Assembly: GCA_021802705.1 (NCBI GenBank)
Contig: JAJZRL010000006.1
Coordinates: 1 to 53,851 of the forward strand
Source: a bacterium
GTDB taxonomy: Bacteria; Patescibacteriota; Minisyncoccia; Phycocordibacterales; Phycocordibacteraceae
Reading direction: 5' to 3'
Length of the DNA: 53,851 nt
This document shows, in pieces, positions 17,519-26,587 of the stretch. Position numbers and translations under genes: made by a program. How positions within the stretch are numbered: the stretch's first letter is position 1; each line of letters begins with the position of its first letter. Below the pieces are notes generated by a model. That model saw only the letters and a program-made list of their open reading frames with translations. It made no database searches and was not told the DNA's origin.

Positions 17519-18979
17519 TCAAAGAGTCGCTCGAGTCAACACCGGCCCGTTCGGCCCGTCATCCACACGATATCCACTGCGCTCTATGGCGGCTCTTATG
17601 CGGTCGGCTTCCTTAAAATCCTTGGAAACGCGTGCTTTTTCGCGCTTTTCGAGCATGTCTTGTATGTCGTCCGGCACGTCCTCCCGAGACAGCGTGTGCA
17701 AAGACGGAGGAGAGAGGAGCGAAAGGCCGAGGTGTCCCTCCGCATCTTCGAGGAGACCCCATTTTTCCTCCGGAGCGTATTCTTCGCTTCTAAGCGAGCT
17801 CCAAAGGATGCTGAGCGCTTGCGGCGTCGCTATATCGTTGCGCATCGCCGCAAGAAAGCTTTTCCGCGCTTCCGAAGGCGCGCTGTGGCGCTCGGATTCC
17901 TTGGCGATCTCGCGGGAAAGGTTCCAGAGCCGTTCGAGCGCTCCGGCAGCACCGTCAAGCGCGTCAAAAGAGAAAGAGAGCGGCGTGCGATGATGCGCCT
18001 GGAGGAAGAAATAACGGAGGGAGAGGGGATGATAGCCCTTCGCGACCAGATCGGAAAGATAGATGACGTTACCGGTCGATTTCGATATCTTTTCGCCGCC
18101 CATGTTCAGGAACGCGTTGTGCATCCAGTAATGGACGAACGGTCGTCCGAAAGCCGCCTCCGATTGGGCGATCTCATTGTTGTGGTGCGTCGGCGCGAGA
18201 TCCTCGCCTCCGGTATGGATGTCGATTTCAACGCCGAGCAGCGTATGCGCCATCGCCGAACATTCGATGTTCCACCCCGGGCACCCTCGCCCCCAGGGAG
18301 AGTCCCACTCCTGCAGGCGGTGTACGCCGCGCGGCGTCTTTTTCCAGAGGACAAAGTCGGCGGGATTGTGTTTCTCCGGATCCGTTTCGATGCGCGCACC
18401 GGCTTTCAGCTCCGCATCTTTCAGGCCGCCGAGCTTGCCGTAAGCGGGGAAGCGGTTCGTATCGAAATACAGGCCGCTGCGCGTGCGGTAAGCGAACCCT
18501 TTCTCTTCAAGCCTGCGGGCAAGCGAGATCTGCTCCTCGATGTACTGGGTGGCGCGCGGGAAAAAGATGTCTTCCGTGTCGACATTGAGTTCCGCAAGGT
18601 CGTCGAGGAACATTTTCGTATAGCGTTCGGCAATGGTGGAGGCCGAAAGACCCTCCCGTTTCGCGCTCTCTTCGACCTTGTCTTCTCCTATGTCTCCGTT
18701 GCCGACGAGGTGACCGACATCGGTTATGTTGATGACGCGGCGTACGCGATAACCGGCATGCGTGAATACTCGCGAGAGCGTATCCGAAAAAAGTATCGAT
18801 CGCAGGTTGCCTATGTGCTGGCGACTATAGACGGTCGGTCCGCAGGTATAAAGCAGCACCATGCCGGGCTTCAATGGCACGAACACCTCTTTCGTCCCGG
18901 AAAGGGAGTTCGTGAGGAATATACGCGGTCTCTGGCCGCTTCCCGTCGACTTTCCGAACACGCGGGCCAACCATCCCAT
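17519..18979 (-). CDS. cysS: Cysteine--tRNA ligase
   Basis: YTCGPTVY, HIGN, DFVLWK, PGWNIECSAM, HHNNEIAQSE, KISKS. Confidence 0.97.
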   Translation of the reverse strand: MGWLARVFGKSTGSGQRPRIFLTNSLSGTKEVFVPLKPGMVLLYTCGPTVYSRQHIGNLRSILFSDTLSRVFTHAGYRVRRVINITDVGHLVGNGDIGEDKVEESAKREGLSASTIAERYTKMFLDDLAELNVDTEDIFFPRATQYIEEQISLARRLEEKGFAYRTRSGLYFDTNRFPAYGKLGGLKDAELKAGARIETDPEKHNPADFVLWKKTPRGVHRLQEWDSPWGRGCPGWNIECSAMAHTLLGVEIDIHTGGEDLAPTHHNNEIAQSEAAFGRPFVHYWMHNAFLNMGGEKISKSTGNVIYLSDLVAKGYHPLSLRYFFLQAHHRTPLSFSFDALDGAAGALERLWNLSREIAKESERHSAPSEARKSFLAAMRNDIATPQALSILWSSLRSEEYAPEEKWGLLEDAEGHLGLSLLSPPSLHTLSREDVPDDIQDMLEKREKARVSKDFKEADRIRAAIERSGYRVDDGPNGPVLTRATL

Positions 18980-18982
18980 ACG

Positions 18983-19903
18983 CTAAAAAATCCAACGCTT
19001 TCGTGCGAAAAAGAGCGTCATGACGCCGGCGATGCCGAGCATGAGCGCCATGATGATCCAGAACGCATTTTGGTTTTGTTCGAGCGGCGTACCGAGCGCA
19101 TGCATGCCGAAAACAAGAGCGATAAGCTCGAGAGGCAGCACGCTGAACGTTATGACCGTCAGCGTTTTCATGATTTCGTTCTGACGAGCGGCAAGGAGCG
19201 TGCTATTGGTTTCGCGCAGATCGGTTGCGACGGCGCGGTACGTGTGCACGAGATGCGCGACCTGCGTGCGTTCGGCCGCGACACGTACTGCGCGTTCGGA
19301 GAACGTGGTGTCGAAGAAGTTCCGCTGGACGAGCGACTGCAAGAACCGGTTAAGCGGTTCATTCTGGTTCGCAAGCGCAGCCTCAAGATGCAGGAATTCA
19401 CGACTGATATCCGAGATGGTCCGTACGGTAGCGCGCTCGCGGCCGCTGAACATGTCCTGTTCGACGCGGGAAAGATGGCTCGCGATACTGCTCGTGTGGT
19501 TGCGGACAGCCGTATAAAGATGGGCGAAGAGTATTTCGATCAAGACATCGGTCGTGAGCGGCGCTCTGCCGGTGATAAGCTTCTGGGCTTCAAGGATCTT
19601 TTTCAGGTGGTGTAGGGGAGCGATGACCTCGTATCGCACCGTTATGATAAACCCGCTCGCGACGACGAAATCGATCTCCTGGCTTTTCGTCTCGCCGTCG
19701 TTCGTGCCTTGCGCCGGAAAATGCAAGACGAGGAATGCGGTTTGAGAATCTCCCGAAACGAGCGGCGCCGGGGTAGGGGAAAGCAGCTCCATTTCGATCC
19801 GTTCACTGATTGAAAACTCACGCGAAACCTGTTTAATCTCGTCTTCTGTCGGTTGCTCGAGGTCTATCCAGACCCCGTCTTTATATTCGTGCCGGAATAT
19901 CAT
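18983..19903 (-). CDS. corA: CorA-family divalent cation transporter
   Basis: WIDL..PT, QNEIMKTLT, two C-terminal TMs with GMH in place of GMN. Confidence 0.88.
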   Translation of the reverse strand: MIFRHEYKDGVWIDLEQPTEDEIKQVSREFSISERIEMELLSPTPAPLVSGDSQTAFLVLHFPAQGTNDGETKSQEIDFVVASGFIITVRYEVIAPLHHLKKILEAQKLITGRAPLTTDVLIEILFAHLYTAVRNHTSSIASHLSRVEQDMFSGRERATVRTISDISREFLHLEAALANQNEPLNRFLQSLVQRNFFDTTFSERAVRVAAERTQVAHLVHTYRAVATDLRETNSTLLAARQNEIMKTLTVITFSVLPLELIALVFGMHALGTPLEQNQNAFWIIMALMLGIAGVMTLFFARKRWIF

Positions 19904-19960
19904 GGGTATAGGATACCACGCGTACCGTTACCGTTTTCCTCGTGTGCTACACTTTTCAGG

Positions 19961-21223
19961 ATGGAGCCTTCCGGAGAAGCATATGGCCGCAGCGCTCATA
20001 CCCGCATAAAGCGCGGTTTTTCGTTCGCGCTTATAGCGCTTCTCGCCTTCAGTGCGGGCATCGTCGTGGGCGGCAAGAATTCTGCGGCCGAGATGGTGAG
20101 CAGTCTTCCTCTCGTCGGAGACGGTCTCGACGCGACGCCGAATCAGAGCGTCGACCTTTCTGATTTCTGGAAAGCATGGAATGCGCTCGAAGCGAACTAC
20201 GTCATCACCCATGCGTCCTCGACGCTCCCGTCGGCAAAAGACCGTATCTTCGGCGCGATACAGGGTCTCGTCGCTTCGTACGGCGACCCGTATACGGTCT
20301 TCTTCCCGCCCAAAGAAGCCGCTGCGTTTTCCGATAACATATCGGGAAGTTTCGCGGGTATCGGCGTAGAGATCGGCGTAAAGAACAAGGTCTTGACCGT
20401 CATCGCCCCGCTTAAGGGAACGCCGGCGGCAACAGCAGGCCTCAAGGCCGGCGACATCATTACCGCCATCGACGGGGTCTCGACCGATGGCGTTTCGATC
20501 GATGAGGCGGTAAGCAAAATCCGCGGCCCGGCCGGTACGGCGGTCGACCTCACCATCATTCGCGGAGGATCCTCATTTGACGTCAAGATCGTCCGGGAGA
20601 CGATACAGGTACCCGAGACGAGCGACGGTCTCGATGCCGCAAGCGGCGTCTATCACATCGCGCTCTACGAGTTCACCGCGAATTCCGCCAGCTTGTTCGA
20701 CCAGGCTCTCGCTCGCTTCAGAGCTTCCGGCTCCAAGAAGCTCATTATCGACCTGCGCGGCAACCCGGGCGGCTACCTTGATTCAGCGGTCGACATCGCA
20801 AGCCACTTCCTTCCGAAAGGCGCGACGGTCGTGACGGAAGACTTTGACGGGAAGGAGCCGAACCAGGTGCATACGAGCCTCGGATACGGAGACATTCCTT
20901 CGGGTACGAAAGTCGCCGTGCTTATCGACGGAGGTTCGGCATCGGCTTCCGAGATCCTCGCCGGAGCGCTCCAGGACAATCATGCCGCGACTATCATAGG
21001 GACGCGCTCTTTCGGCAAAGGATCGGTACAGACGCTCATTCCTCTTGATGGAGGGGCTCTCAAGGTTACGGTTGCGCGTTGGATAACTCCCGCGGGGCAT
21101 TGGATCATGGGGAACGGGATAACCCCCGATATCGTCGTTCCGATTACCGAGGCGGACATAAAGGCGGGCAAAGATCCCCAGATGGCGCGTGCGATAACCT
21201 TTTTGACTACCGGCGCGCGATAG
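19961..21223 (+). CDS. ctpA: S41 carboxy-terminal processing protease with PDZ domain
   Basis: DPYT, GIG, DLRGNPGG, SASASEI, GKGSVQ, GITPD; start MEPS at 19961. Confidence 0.93.
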   Translation: MEPSGEAYGRSAHTRIKRGFSFALIALLAFSAGIVVGGKNSAAEMVSSLPLVGDGLDATPNQSVDLSDFWKAWNALEANYVITHASSTLPSAKDRIFGAIQGLVASYGDPYTVFFPPKEAAAFSDNISGSFAGIGVEIGVKNKVLTVIAPLKGTPAATAGLKAGDIITAIDGVSTDGVSIDEAVSKIRGPAGTAVDLTIIRGGSSFDVKIVRETIQVPETSDGLDAASGVYHIALYEFTANSASLFDQALARFRASGSKKLIIDLRGNPGGYLDSAVDIASHFLPKGATVVTEDFDGKEPNQVHTSLGYGDIPSGTKVAVLIDGGSASASEILAGALQDNHAATIIGTRSFGKGSVQTLIPLDGGALKVTVARWITPAGHWIMGNGITPDIVVPITEADIKAGKDPQMARAITFLTTGAR

Positions 21224-21238
21224 GGTAGGCTGGTGTGC

Positions 21239-21685
21239 ATGAAAGTCATCCTGACGAAAGATACGAAGAAGATCGGGCGCGCGCACGAGGTGGTCGACGT
21301 CGAAGGCGGCTATGCGCTCAATTACCTTGTTCCGAAAAAGCTGGCCATTTTCGCGACACCCTCTGCGGTGAAGCAGGCCGAGACGCGTCGAAAGCAATCA
21401 GAAGCCCGTCGCGAACTCGATACGAAGCTCTTTGAGCAGAACATCGCTCACCTCGCCGAAGCGCGTATCGTCATCAAAGCGAAAGCGAATGAAAAAGGCC
21501 ACCTGTATGACGCGGTCGGGGAGCCTGAGATTATCGATGCGGTAAAAGAGCAGGCGCGCATCGACCTTCCGAAAGGCTCCGTAAAGCTCGAGAAGCCGAT
21601 AAAAGAATTGGGAACGTTCACGGTACCTCTCGCCGCAGGCGAGGCGTTCGGCGCCTTTTCCATCATCCTCGAAGCAGAGACGTAG
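21239..21685 (+). CDS. rplI: 50S ribosomal protein L9
   Basis: MKVIL..GYALNYLVP, GHLY, PIKELG. Confidence 0.95.
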   Translation: MKVILTKDTKKIGRAHEVVDVEGGYALNYLVPKKLAIFATPSAVKQAETRRKQSEARRELDTKLFEQNIAHLAEARIVIKAKANEKGHLYDAVGEPEIIDAVKEQARIDLPKGSVKLEKPIKELGTFTVPLAAGEAFGAFSIILEAET

Positions 21686-21702
21686 CTTTCCTCTCATCTC
21701 CC

Positions 21703-22242
21703 ATGAGAGAGATCATTGTCGACAGTGCCATGAGTTTCAGCGAAGCTCTCGCTGAAAAGGAGATTCCGGACAATATTCGAAAGACCCTCTCGCTTGTCGA
21801 GATTCCGCACTATTCCTTCGACGGGAAGCTTCATCAGGGTCAGCTTGTCGTGCACGCAGATGTCGCTCAGGAAATCAGGCGTATTTTTGACAGGTTAGCG
21901 GAAAAACGATTCCCGATCGCGCGCGTCATCCCCATCGTCGCATACGGATGGGATGACGATCGCTCAATGGTCGCGAACAACACCTCGGCGTTCAATTATC
22001 GCCCCATCCGCGGGACCGATCGTCTTTCGTGCCACTCGTTCGGGCTTGCTATAGATATAAATCCGGCGCTCAACCCCTGCATTCAATATGACGGCGAAGT
22101 CGTCCCGCCCGGCGCCCGGTATGATCCGGGACAGCCGGGGACGGTAACTGCCGATATCGCGCCTCTTTTTAAATCATGCGGTTGGGAATGGGGCGGAGAT
22201 TGGCACAATAAGGATTGGCAACATTTCCAAAAAACGGTTTGA
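21703..22242 (+). CDS. M15-family metallopeptidase (D-Ala-D-Ala carboxypeptidase/L,D-endopeptidase-like)
   Basis: NTSAFNYR, SxHxxGxAxD (SCHSFGLAID), WGGDW..DWQHF. Confidence 0.9.
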   Translation: MREIIVDSAMSFSEALAEKEIPDNIRKTLSLVEIPHYSFDGKLHQGQLVVHADVAQEIRRIFDRLAEKRFPIARVIPIVAYGWDDDRSMVANNTSAFNYRPIRGTDRLSCHSFGLAIDINPALNPCIQYDGEVVPPGARYDPGQPGTVTADIAPLFKSCGWEWGGDWHNKDWQHFQKTV

Positions 22243-22318
22243 GCGGAATAGATTTCTACCGCTTATCTAAATAGAAAGATTAAAGAGGGAAGGGGAGACG
22301 GCTTTTCGCTTCAAGCGA

Positions 22319-22591
22319 TCAGACGACCTCAGCGAATTTCTTTTTCAGGATGCGTCCGTCAAAAGAGCGCTTGCGTTTCGTGCGGAAGGCGACGGTACCG
22401 GAAGCGATGGCAAAAAGAGTGTGGTCACGGCCGACCTTTACGTTTTGGCCCGCCTCGATCTTCGTGCCGCGCTGGCGGACGATCACCATTCCCGGGCGAG
22501 CGGATGCTCCGTCAGCGAGCTTCACGCCGAGATACTTCGGGTTCGAATCAGTAAGGTTTTTTGCCGATCCTCCGGCTTTCGTTGATGCCAT
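22319..22591 (-). CDS. rpmA: 50S ribosomal protein L27
   Basis: [30 protein letters not shown]. Confidence 0.96.
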   Translation of the reverse strand: MASTKAGGSAKNLTDSNPKYLGVKLADGASARPGMVIVRQRGTKIEAGQNVKVGRDHTLFAIASGTVAFRTKRKRSFDGRILKKKFAEVV

Positions 22592-22610
22592 AGTGGTATA
22601 GTTGTGTGCA

Positions 22611-22961
22611 GTGACTATAGCAGAAACGCGCGAGAAATGCAAAGACCTTGCCGCCCGTATTCCGCGGGACGTCCTGCTCATCATCATTCTCGTCCTCGCT
22701 TCCGTACTCAGTTTCGGGCTCGGCTATCTTGCCGGCCTTGACGCTTCGGAACAGCAGCCCGTACCGATTTCGATCAGCCAGCCTCCTTTCGCAGCTACCT
22801 CGACCATGGAAGGGAAGGTCGTCGCCTCGAAGAATGGCACGAAGTACTATTCATCGTGGTGCGCAGGAGCGGATCGTATCGCGCAGGCGAACAAAGTCTG
22901 GTTTGATTCCGCCGCGCAAGCCCGCGCGGCGGGATATGTTCCGGCCGCGCATTGCGACTGA
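22611..22961 (+). CDS. Membrane-anchored protein with Ada-type metal-binding-like C-terminal domain
   Basis: TM ([17 protein letters not shown]); [13 protein letters not shown]...N.VWF.S..QA.AAGY.P..HC. Confidence 0.75.
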   Translation: MTIAETREKCKDLAARIPRDVLLIIILVLASVLSFGLGYLAGLDASEQQPVPISISQPPFAATSTMEGKVVASKNGTKYYSSWCAGADRIAQANKVWFDSAAQARAAGYVPAAHCD

Positions 22962-22991
22962 TTTCGATCTGCTACAATAGACAGACAGCAA

Positions 22992-23741
22992 ATGCACACC
23001 CACACTCCTGCTTCCGGTGCGGTGAACGATCATAAGGCCGCCGAGCGGCTTGCGAAAGTCGTACACGAAGGCCAGCGAACGATACCTGAAGAGCATACGC
23101 CCCTCGTGTGCAAGCCGAACAAGGTGGAATCATGGCGCATCTTCAAGATCATGTCCGAGTTTGTCGAAGGGTTTGATGTTATCCGTCAGTACGGTCTTGC
23201 CGCATCGTTCTTCGGCAGTGCCCGCGCCTCTTTTGAAGACAGGGTATACCGGGATGCCACCCTGCTTGCAGGACGGCTTGCAAAGAGAGGCTTCGCGATC
23301 ATTACCGGCGGAAGTTCAGGCGTCATGCAGGCGGCGAATAAGGGCGCCTTCGAGGCGGGCGGGGATTCGGTCGGGCTCAATATCAACTTACCGGAAGCTC
23401 AGAGTTACAATCCGTACCTGACAAACAGGTTCGGTTTCGATCATTTCTTCGTACGGAAGGTGATGCTTACCTATGCATCCGAGGTGTACGTCTATTTCCC
23501 GGGCGGTTTTGGAACCCTTGATGAATTCTTCGAGATAGTAACGCTCGTGCAGACGAAAAAGATACACAAGGTGCCTATCATCCTTTTTGGAAAACAGTAT
23601 TGGGGCCCGCTCGCGGCTTTCATCGAGAAAACGCTCTACGAGGAACACAAGGCTATCAATAAAGACGACATGGATCTTTACGTGATCGTCGATTCGGTCG
23701 ACGAAGCCTATGACTATATCGTCGCGAATATCTCCTGCTGA
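22992..23741 (+). CDS. LOG family (TIGR00730) Rossmann-fold nucleotide-binding protein
   Basis: FGSAR, TGG.GVMQAANKGA, FFVRK, PGGFGTLDE. Confidence 0.93.
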   Translation: MHTHTPASGAVNDHKAAERLAKVVHEGQRTIPEEHTPLVCKPNKVESWRIFKIMSEFVEGFDVIRQYGLAASFFGSARASFEDRVYRDATLLAGRLAKRGFAIITGGSSGVMQAANKGAFEAGGDSVGLNINLPEAQSYNPYLTNRFGFDHFFVRKVMLTYASEVYVYFPGGFGTLDEFFEIVTLVQTKKIHKVPIILFGKQYWGPLAAFIEKTLYEEHKAINKDDMDLYVIVDSVDEAYDYIVANISC

Positions 23742-23839
23742 TTTTTAAACAAAATAAATTCCAGTACCAGAATGAGGGTTAGCAGGGCGGGGAAGCGTAT
23801 TTTTATCACGCCCGCTCCTGTCGCCAAACAGCATTCTAA

Positions 23840-23867
23840 ATGTCGCACAATATATCTTTTGCGACAT
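23840..23867. other. Candidate dif-like Xer recombination site
   Basis: ATGTCGCACAA-TATATC-TTTTGCGACAT; 11-6-11 geometry, arms 10/11 inverted, between convergent genes. Confidence 0.5.
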
Positions 23868-23888
23868 AGACAAGCTCCCCCTCGGCTT

Positions 23889-25259
23889 TCATGAATTAAT
23901 TAGATATGAGAGCGGGTTAAGGTACGCCGAGAGTGTCGCTACCGGCATAGTGGCATCGGCACAGCCGATTGTCGCGCCGCGGAACTGGCGAAGGGTCATT
24001 ATTTTCGTGCCTTCGGTTGCGTACACGCCGAAATGAAGATGCGGTCCGGTAGCATAGCCGGTCATGCCCGAGAGTCCGATTATCTGTCCCGTTTGGACCG
24101 ACTGTCCCTTCGATACGTCGATTTCAGAAAGATGGGCATACATGGTATTGATCCCATCGCTGTGTTCGAGCATCACCCACTTCCCGAAGGAATAACACTG
24201 CCGGCCTCTTGAGTCGTGCACGAGGTCGGTATCGCCGGTTGCAAGCACGATACCGGAAAGCGCCGCTTCGACCGGCGTGCCGATAGGCGCTGCGATGTCG
24301 ATGCCGTCATGGCCGTGTCCGCTGTAGATCTGCGGATTCGCCGTTGCAAACGGCGTATTGCCGAAATATTGAGTGATGCAAGAGAGATTGCCGAATATAT
24401 TTTTGCGTCGGGCGCAGTTTTGCATGAAAGCATCACTGAAGGGCCAGGAGAGCACGCCGGAGCCCGCTTTCGGCAGAAGGCCCGGATGTACGATAAGGTT
24501 CAATTGGCTCTGGAGGCTGACGAGCTCATCCTCGAAGGATTTTTCAGACGCTTTCTTTTCGGCGATGAGCCGCTGATAGCCCGATTCCTGATTTCTCGTC
24601 TGGGCGAGAAGCTGCTGTTCGGCAACCTTGCTCGCATCGACCGAGCGCTTCTGGAGCGTGAGCTCGCTTTGGAGCGAAACAAGCTGGGTCTTCTTCGCGG
24701 AGACCTGGTCCCGGTTTGTCGCAAGAACGGTCCGTGCGGCCTGGAGGTCGCTGATATTGCTCGCAAGCGCTGCGTTAAATTGCATCGCCTCGTCGGTCCT
24801 CTGCCATGCCTCGCTTAAGGAATTCGAAGAGAACACCTGGGCGATGAAGGGCGTCTGTTCGTTTTCGGCGATGTCCTGGAGCGCCTTCCCTATCGCGATC
24901 TGGTCCGCAGCGACAGCCGACTCCTTGTCGCCGATGGAGAGCGTGAGCTCTTGTATCGCAAGATTCGCGGAGGCAATCTTGTTCTGAGTCACCTTGATCT
25001 GGGCACCGAGCTGCTTTTGCGAGAGCGAAAGCGAATCGATCGTCGACTGGAGCGTGTTCTTCTTGACGCCGAGCGCATTAAGCTGTTTTTGGTACGCGGC
25101 GATCTCAGCATCAAGAGCGTTGATCTGCTGCGTATGCGCGTCTATTTGGGATTGGATATTCGCCGCAGTGTCAGCGCGCCCGGTGCGCGGCATGCCAAGG
25201 ACGAGTCCTGATGAAATTGCGCAAAATAGAAGGAAAAAAAGAAGCCTTGCCGCTCTCAT
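23889..25259 (-). CDS. Secreted coiled-coil M23 metallopeptidase (peptidoglycan DD-endopeptidase/EnvC-like)
   Basis: Signal peptide, long coiled coil, HxGxD (HDGID), YAHL, TGPHLHF. Confidence 0.92.
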   Translation of the reverse strand: MRAARLLFFLLFCAISSGLVLGMPRTGRADTAANIQSQIDAHTQQINALDAEIAAYQKQLNALGVKKNTLQSTIDSLSLSQKQLGAQIKVTQNKIASANLAIQELTLSIGDKESAVAADQIAIGKALQDIAENEQTPFIAQVFSSNSLSEAWQRTDEAMQFNAALASNISDLQAARTVLATNRDQVSAKKTQLVSLQSELTLQKRSVDASKVAEQQLLAQTRNQESGYQRLIAEKKASEKSFEDELVSLQSQLNLIVHPGLLPKAGSGVLSWPFSDAFMQNCARRKNIFGNLSCITQYFGNTPFATANPQIYSGHGHDGIDIAAPIGTPVEAALSGIVLATGDTDLVHDSRGRQCYSFGKWVMLEHSDGINTMYAHLSEIDVSKGQSVQTGQIIGLSGMTGYATGPHLHFGVYATEGTKIMTLRQFRGATIGCADATMPVATLSAYLNPLSYLINS

Positions 25260-26587
25260 TTTTCAAGTATACCAACCGCTTTTTGTATACGCGAAAGGGC
25301 TTCATCCTTGCCGAGGATCGCTGTGATCGTAAAGGGGTCCGGTGAGCGTTCTTGTCCTGAGAGGGCGTAGCGCAGCGGCCAGAGCACGGCGCCCCGGCCA
25401 CCTTTCCCTTCCGTCTCCTTAGCATCGGCGAACGGCATGACCGTCTCCTTCACGCCTTCGACGGAAACGCCATCCGGAAGGGTTCTTATGAGCTCAGCAA
25501 GCTTTTCGAGGGTTGGTCTTGTCATCCCGGAGCGATCGGGAGGTTCTTTGATGGTGAGGCGGTCCCGTTCGAGTACCGGTTCGGAAAAGAAGAAAGCGAG
25601 CTCAAGCGCAAGCACCGATCGCGCTTCCGCGAATGTACGCGCCCGTTCCTTAAGAAGCGGCACGATCGCATAGAGTGTCCTTTGATTGTTTGCTGAAAGG
25701 TTGCCGCGCATGATGAAATCTTCGGCCGAAAGGGTCCGCATCCAGTGCTGGTTTACCGAAAAGAGCTTCGTTTCGTCGAAGATGGCCGCGCCTTTCTGTA
25801 TGCGTGCGAGATCGAACGTTTCGATGAGCGCGTCCCGCGAGAAATATTCCCGGTCATCGCCCGGATTCCAGCCGAGAAAAGCGAGATAGTTGAGCATCGC
25901 CTCGGGTAAGACGCCCTGGTCTCGGTATTCGGTGAGCGCTTTCGCCCCCTTTCGTTTCGAAAGCTTCGTACGATCCGTATCGAGGATGAGCGGCACGTGG
26001 GCATAGACGGGCGTGGTGAAGCCGAGCGCCCGTTGGATGAGTATCTGCCGCGGCGTGTTGGCGATATGATCCTCGCCTCGGATCACATGCGTAACGCCTT
26101 CGTCCGCGTCGTCGACGACGACGGCGAGATGGAATACCGGCTCCTCGAAAGAACGGGCGATAACGAAGTCGCCGAGATCGGTCACGTCCATCGTTATGTC
26201 GCCGCGGATGACATCGGGAAAAGAGATATTCCCGCCCGGATTCCTGAAACGGATGACCTCTTCCCTCTCACCCGGGTTTTTCGGCGTTTCTTTTGAGATA
26301 TAGGCCGAACCCGCGGAAACGAGCTTCTCGAGGAGTTCGCGGTGGCGCCCGGCGTTTTCGCTCTGACGGTATTGCCGATCGATGGGGAGATCAAGCCACG
26401 CGAGCGATTCGAAGATATTCGCTTCGTACTCCGGCCTCGAACGTTCCCTGTCGGTATCCTCTATGCGCACGATGAACGTGCCGTCCTCGTGTTTTGCGAA
26501 AAGATAGGCGAAAACGGCCGTGCGGTAATTTCCGGCGTGGAGAAGACCGGTCGGTGACGGTGCGAAGCGCGTGACAATGCCGCTCAT
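25256..26587 (-). CDS. gltX: Glutamate--tRNA ligase (compact form)
   Basis: RFAPSPTG, HAGN, RIEDTD, IRGEDH, KLSKR, anticodon domain PLRYALSG. Confidence 0.95.
   Translation of the reverse strand: MSGIVTRFAPSPTGLLHAGNYRTAVFAYLFAKHEDGTFIVRIEDTDRERSRPEYEANIFESLAWLDLPIDRQYRQSENAGRHRELLEKLVSAGSAYISKETPKNPGEREEVIRFRNPGGNISFPDVIRGDITMDVTDLGDFVIARSFEEPVFHLAVVVDDADEGVTHVIRGEDHIANTPRQILIQRALGFTTPVYAHVPLILDTDRTKLSKRKGAKALTEYRDQGVLPEAMLNYLAFLGWNPGDDREYFSRDALIETFDLARIQKGAAIFDETKLFSVNQHWMRTLSAEDFIMRGNLSANNQRTLYAIVPLLKERARTFAEARSVLALELAFFFSEPVLERDRLTIKEPPDRSGMTRPTLEKLAELIRTLPDGVSVEGVKETVMPFADAKETEGKGGRGAVLWPLRYALSGQERSPDPFTITAILGKDEALSRIQKAVGILEK

Noticed and set aside
17453-19615. 720-aa plus-strand ORF (also 4353-6002-, 14376-15476-, 32352-33653+, 52135-53634-, 40910-42628+)
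   Set aside because: Antisense shadows of well-supported genes in high-GC DNA; no recognisable motifs
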